The position numbers and the translations under genes were made by a program. Below, piece by piece: positions 60,919 through 64,000 of a stretch of 64,000 bases of DNA; within the stretch, counting starts at the first letter, position 1; the number at the start of each line of letters is the position of its first letter. The stretch is taken from positions 1 through 64,000 of the forward strand of contig JBMFSQ010000008.1 of NCBI GenBank assembly GCA_049967475.1, written 5' to 3'. This stretch comes from Chthonomonadales bacterium. GTDB taxonomy: Bacteria; Armatimonadota; Chthonomonadetes; Chthonomonadales; CAJBBX01. Under the pieces are notes generated by a model. It ran no database searches. It was not told the DNA's origin and saw only the letters and a program-made list of their open reading frames with translations.

Positions 60919-63117
60919 ATGCCCGAACAGGAACTGGTTAACATAACGATCAATGGTGTGAGGCTGCAGGTACCCAAGGGCGAGAAGATCATCGAATCTG
61001 CGCGCCGCATCGGCGTTGAGATCCCATTCTTCTGTTACCATCCGCGGCTTTCGATGGATGAGGGCGGGGCCAATTGCCGCATGTGCCTCGTCGAAGTAGG
61101 GACGACGATGCCCGACGGCTCCGTGCGCAAGATGCCCAAGCCTCAAACGGCGTGCAGCCTGCCCGCTTCGGAAGGTCTGGTGATCGAGACGGACACGGAG
61201 GCCATCGCGAGAGACAGGCGTGGCGTCCTGGAGTTCCTGCTGATCAACCATCCCTTGGATTGCCCCATCTGCGACCGCGGCGGCGAATGCCCGCTGCAGA
61301 ACAATACGCTCTATTACGGACCGCCCACGTCGCGCTATGTGGAGGAGAAGCGTCACTTTCCCAAGGCCTATCCGCTCTCCAAGTACGTTGTGTTCGATCG
61401 GGAGCGCTGCATCCATTGCGCGCGATGCACGCGCTTCACCCGGGATGTGTCTGGAGACCATCAGCTCGATTTTCTGTTCCGGGGCGCCGATATGGAGGTG
61501 GCGACTTTCCAGCACACCGAATTCACCTCGAAGTTCAGCGGCAACGTCATCGAAATCTGCCCGGTGGGAGCATTGCTCTCGCGTACCTACCGCTTTTCTG
61601 CCCGGCCCTGGGATCTCCTCACAGAACGCTCCATTTGCACCCAGTGCGGCAATGGCTGCAACATCAAAATAGACCACCGAGACAACCGCCTCCTTCGCGT
61701 CAACGCACGCCTCAACGAGGCCGTTAACGAAGAGTGGACTTGCGACCGGGGCAAGTTCGGGATGGATTATGTGTCGGCACCGGAACGTCTGCAGCAGCCT
61801 TTGCTCAAGGTGGAAGGGGCGTTCCGGCCGATCTCGTGGGCTGAAGCGGATGCGCTGCTTGTTGAACGGCTCCAACAGGCGGGGCGGGCCGTGGGGGGCA
61901 TCGGAGGGTGCAGCACGCCCAACGAAGATCTGTTTCAGTGGCAGCGCTTCTTCCGTGAAGTGCTTCACGTGCCTAATCTGGATCACCGCATGGGCCCTCA
62001 CTTTCTCCCGACGAACGGCGGATTGTACAGGCGCTTCGGGTACCACACCATGGGCAATGCCATAGCCGACATGGAGCGGATGCGGGCGATCTTCGTATTC
62101 GGTGCGAGCCTTGCAGATGAGCAGCCGATCCTTTTCCTGCGCGTGCGCAAGGCATGGCGCTTCAAGGGTGCCCAAATCATTGAGGCGGGCACGCGGAAAT
62201 CCGAAGTGAGTGACTTTGCATCCGTGTCGCTCGTCCACAAGCCAGGCGCAGAACTTGCCCTGCTCAACGGGCTCCTTCGCGCTGTGTTGGACCAGCAAGA
62301 GGGGAGCGGAAAACCGCCGGTGCCGGAATGGCTCGAACCTTGGACTGTTGGCCGGGCCGCCCTCGAATGCGGGGTGGATGAGGCTGACCTGCGCCGGGCT
62401 GCCTTTCTGTTGGCGTCCGGAGAGGCTGCGTTGATTGCCGGGCACGACGTGACGACCCACCCTCAAGCGGGAGGGTTGCTTACGGCTCTAGGAAACCTCG
62501 CTGCGGCTACGGGCAATCCTGGGAACGTGAATGTGCCCGTTGCGCAGTGCAACCAACAGGGCGCAATGGACATGGGCATCCTCCCCGACGTCCTTCCGGG
62601 GTACGAACCTGCGGCGGAAGCCGGCCTCAACACGCAGCAGATGCTCGAAGCAGCGGCGTCTGGGGACCTGAAGGTGTTGTGGATCGTGGGGCAGGATGTG
62701 GTACAGCAGTTCCATGATAAGGACCTGGCGGCGCGCGCCTTGGAAGCGTGCCCATTCGTGGTCGTGAACGAACTAGCGCTCACGCGGACTGCGGAATTCG
62801 CCGATCTGGTACTCCCGGTGCAGAGCGTTGCTGAGCGCGACGGCACCTTCACCAATATCGAGAGGCGCGTGCAGCGTTTCTACAAGTGCTTTGAGCCGGT
62901 TGGAGAGGCTCGGCCGGACTGGCTGATCTTTTCGCTTCTTGCCACACGCATGGGCGGCATGGCACCTGTGTACAGCTTCCGTGATCTCCTGGAAGAGATC
63001 AATCGGAGTGTACCCTGCTACCAGGGATGTACCCTCGATGCCATGGGGGATGAAGGAATACGATGGGAGTACCCGCCGCAGAATAGGACCGACGTGGCGC
63101 TGGAGCCGCCGGTTTGA
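60919..63117 (+). CDS. nuoG: NADH-quinone oxidoreductase subunit G
   Basis: FCYHPRL, CRMCLVE, NHPLDCPICDRGGEC, CIHCARC, ICPVGAL and the N7-type motif CTQCGNGC...C. Confidence 0.97.
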   Translation: MPEQELVNITINGVRLQVPKGEKIIESARRIGVEIPFFCYHPRLSMDEGGANCRMCLVEVGTTMPDGSVRKMPKPQTACSLPASEGLVIETDTEAIARDRRGVLEFLLINHPLDCPICDRGGECPLQNNTLYYGPPTSRYVEEKRHFPKAYPLSKYVVFDRERCIHCARCTRFTRDVSGDHQLDFLFRGADMEVATFQHTEFTSKFSGNVIEICPVGALLSRTYRFSARPWDLLTERSICTQCGNGCNIKIDHRDNRLLRVNARLNEAVNEEWTCDRGKFGMDYVSAPERLQQPLLKVEGAFRPISWAEADALLVERLQQAGRAVGGIGGCSTPNEDLFQWQRFFREVLHVPNLDHRMGPHFLPTNGGLYRRFGYHTMGNAIADMERMRAIFVFGASLADEQPILFLRVRKAWRFKGAQIIEAGTRKSEVSDFASVSLVHKPGAELALLNGLLRAVLDQQEGSGKPPVPEWLEPWTVGRAALECGVDEADLRRAAFLLASGEAALIAGHDVTTHPQAGGLLTALGNLAAATGNPGNVNVPVAQCNQQGAMDMGILPDVLPGYEPAAEAGLNTQQMLEAAASGDLKVLWIVGQDVVQQFHDKDLAARALEACPFVVVNELALTRTAEFADLVLPVQSVAERDGTFTNIERRVQRFYKCFEPVGEARPDWLIFSLLATRMGGMAPVYSFRDLLEEINRSVPCYQGCTLDAMGDEGIRWEYPPQNRTDVALEPPV

Positions 63118-63199
63118 CGCATCGTGCCTACGTTCGCCGGGGAGGCAGGGGCGCCGCGGGCAGAACGCGCATTCGTAACGCCATGGGGCTTATGGAACT

Positions 63200-64000
63200 A
63201 TGATTATCTTTCCGGAACACGTTGGACCGGTCAGCGTTATCGCAGCGGCACCTTACGTTGCAGTGCTGTGCATCATCGGCTTCATTCTGACCATTGTGCC
63301 CGGGCTCATCTGGATCGAACGCGTGGTGATGGCCTTAATGCAGGACCGTCTCGGCCCGAACCGCGTGGGGCCAAGGGGGCTCTTGCAGAGCATCGCAGAC
63401 GGCATCAAGCTGTTCTTCAAGGAAGATATCGAACCCGGCGGTGTAGACCGGCCCATCTATTACCTTGCCCCGGTCATTACCATGATCCCTGCTCTGTCGG
63501 CCGGCGCCACCATTCCCTTCGGAACCATCCGGGTGCGGTTGGAGAGCGGTTCCGTTACTGAGGTGCCTCTGGTGGCCGGGAATGTGAACATCGGCCTCAT
63601 TTTCATCCTCGCCATGGCCTCTCTTCAGGTATACGGTATCGTGCTGGCGGGATGGTCTTCCAACAACAAGTACTCGCTATTAGGCGGGCTCCGCTCATCG
63701 GCACAAATGATCAGTTATGAGCTCGCAATGACACTGGCGCTCTTGACCGGCATCCTGATGTCGGGGTCGCTGAACCTCGTAGACATCGTGAAGCAGCAAG
63801 GACCGCATCTGCTCCACTGGAACTTCATCAACGTCCGGTATTTTGCGCTCCCAGGGTTGGCTGCGAGCCTCATCTACCTGATCGCAATGGTAGCCGAAAC
63901 GAATCGCGCCCCCTTCGATTTGCCCGAGGCGGAATCGGAGTTGATCGCAGGGTTCCACACCGAATATTCGTCCATGAAGTTCGCCATGTTCTTCATGGGC
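63200..64000 (+). CDS. nuoH: NADH-quinone oxidoreductase subunit H (partial, continues past the right edge)
   Basis: Translated by hand from ATG 63200: [74 protein letters not shown]. Not in the ORF track because there is no stop in the window. Confidence 0.97.
   Translation, partial: MIIFPEHVGPVSVIAAAPYVAVLCIIGFILTIVPGLIWIERVVMALMQDRLGPNRVGPRGLLQSIADGIKLFFKEDIEPGGVDRPIYYLAPVITMIPALSAGATIPFGTIRVRLESGSVTEVPLVAGNVNIGLIFILAMASLQVYGIVLAGWSSNNKYSLLGGLRSSAQMISYELAMTLALLTGILMSGSLNLVDIVKQQGPHLLHWNFINVRYFALPGLAASLIYLIAMVAETNRAPFDLPEAESELIAGFHTEYSSMKFAMFFMG

Noticed and set aside
57213..62466. Long minus-strand ORFs (675, 310 and 542 aa) over the nuo operon, considered as a hidden nuoB
   Set aside because: Antisense shadows with no NuoB motifs.
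63124..63561. 145-aa plus-strand ORF in the track
   Set aside because: It overlaps nuoH out of frame; nuoH starts at 63200 and has conserved motifs.

Overview
GC-rich chromosomal window from a diderm bacterium (TolC and a beta-barrel outer-membrane protein) with Terrabacteria-like regulatory features (SAM-I riboswitch, Firmicutes-style S6:S18 leader, sigma-H-like promoters). My inference is Armatimonadota, which is not verified. Housekeeping content: rpsF-ssb-rpsR, tig-clpP-clpX, obgE-proB, tRNA-Pro(CGG)-mnmG, SAM-I-metK, citrate synthase, aroQ plus Xaa-Pro peptidase, and a nuoA-C-D-E-F-G-H operon without nuoB that runs off the right edge. Accessory content: three GT4 glycosyltransferases, an orphan sugar-binding lipoprotein next to a plant L-arabinokinase-like GHMP kinase, an IscS homologue whose catalytic Cys is Trp, a TolC/very long MacA/MacB system with an embedded LTxxQ protein, and a carbohydrate region (DUF6785-like transporter, Gfo/Idh/MocA oxidoreductase, Tat-exported Hyi-like protein, GH2, a GH36-like protein with an inserted discoidin domain, a BadF-type kinase, two SIS proteins and a sulfatase). 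Features missing from the ORF track: a low-GC Cys-ladder C-terminus at 1-183 (possible toxin tip followed by an immunity-like gene), a recurrent AGGA-N18-(G/C)AA promoter-like motif upstream of about ten genes, and two ECF-type promoters. I found no CRISPR array, IS element, integrase or rRNA. All family calls come from motif recognition by eye, with no database search.
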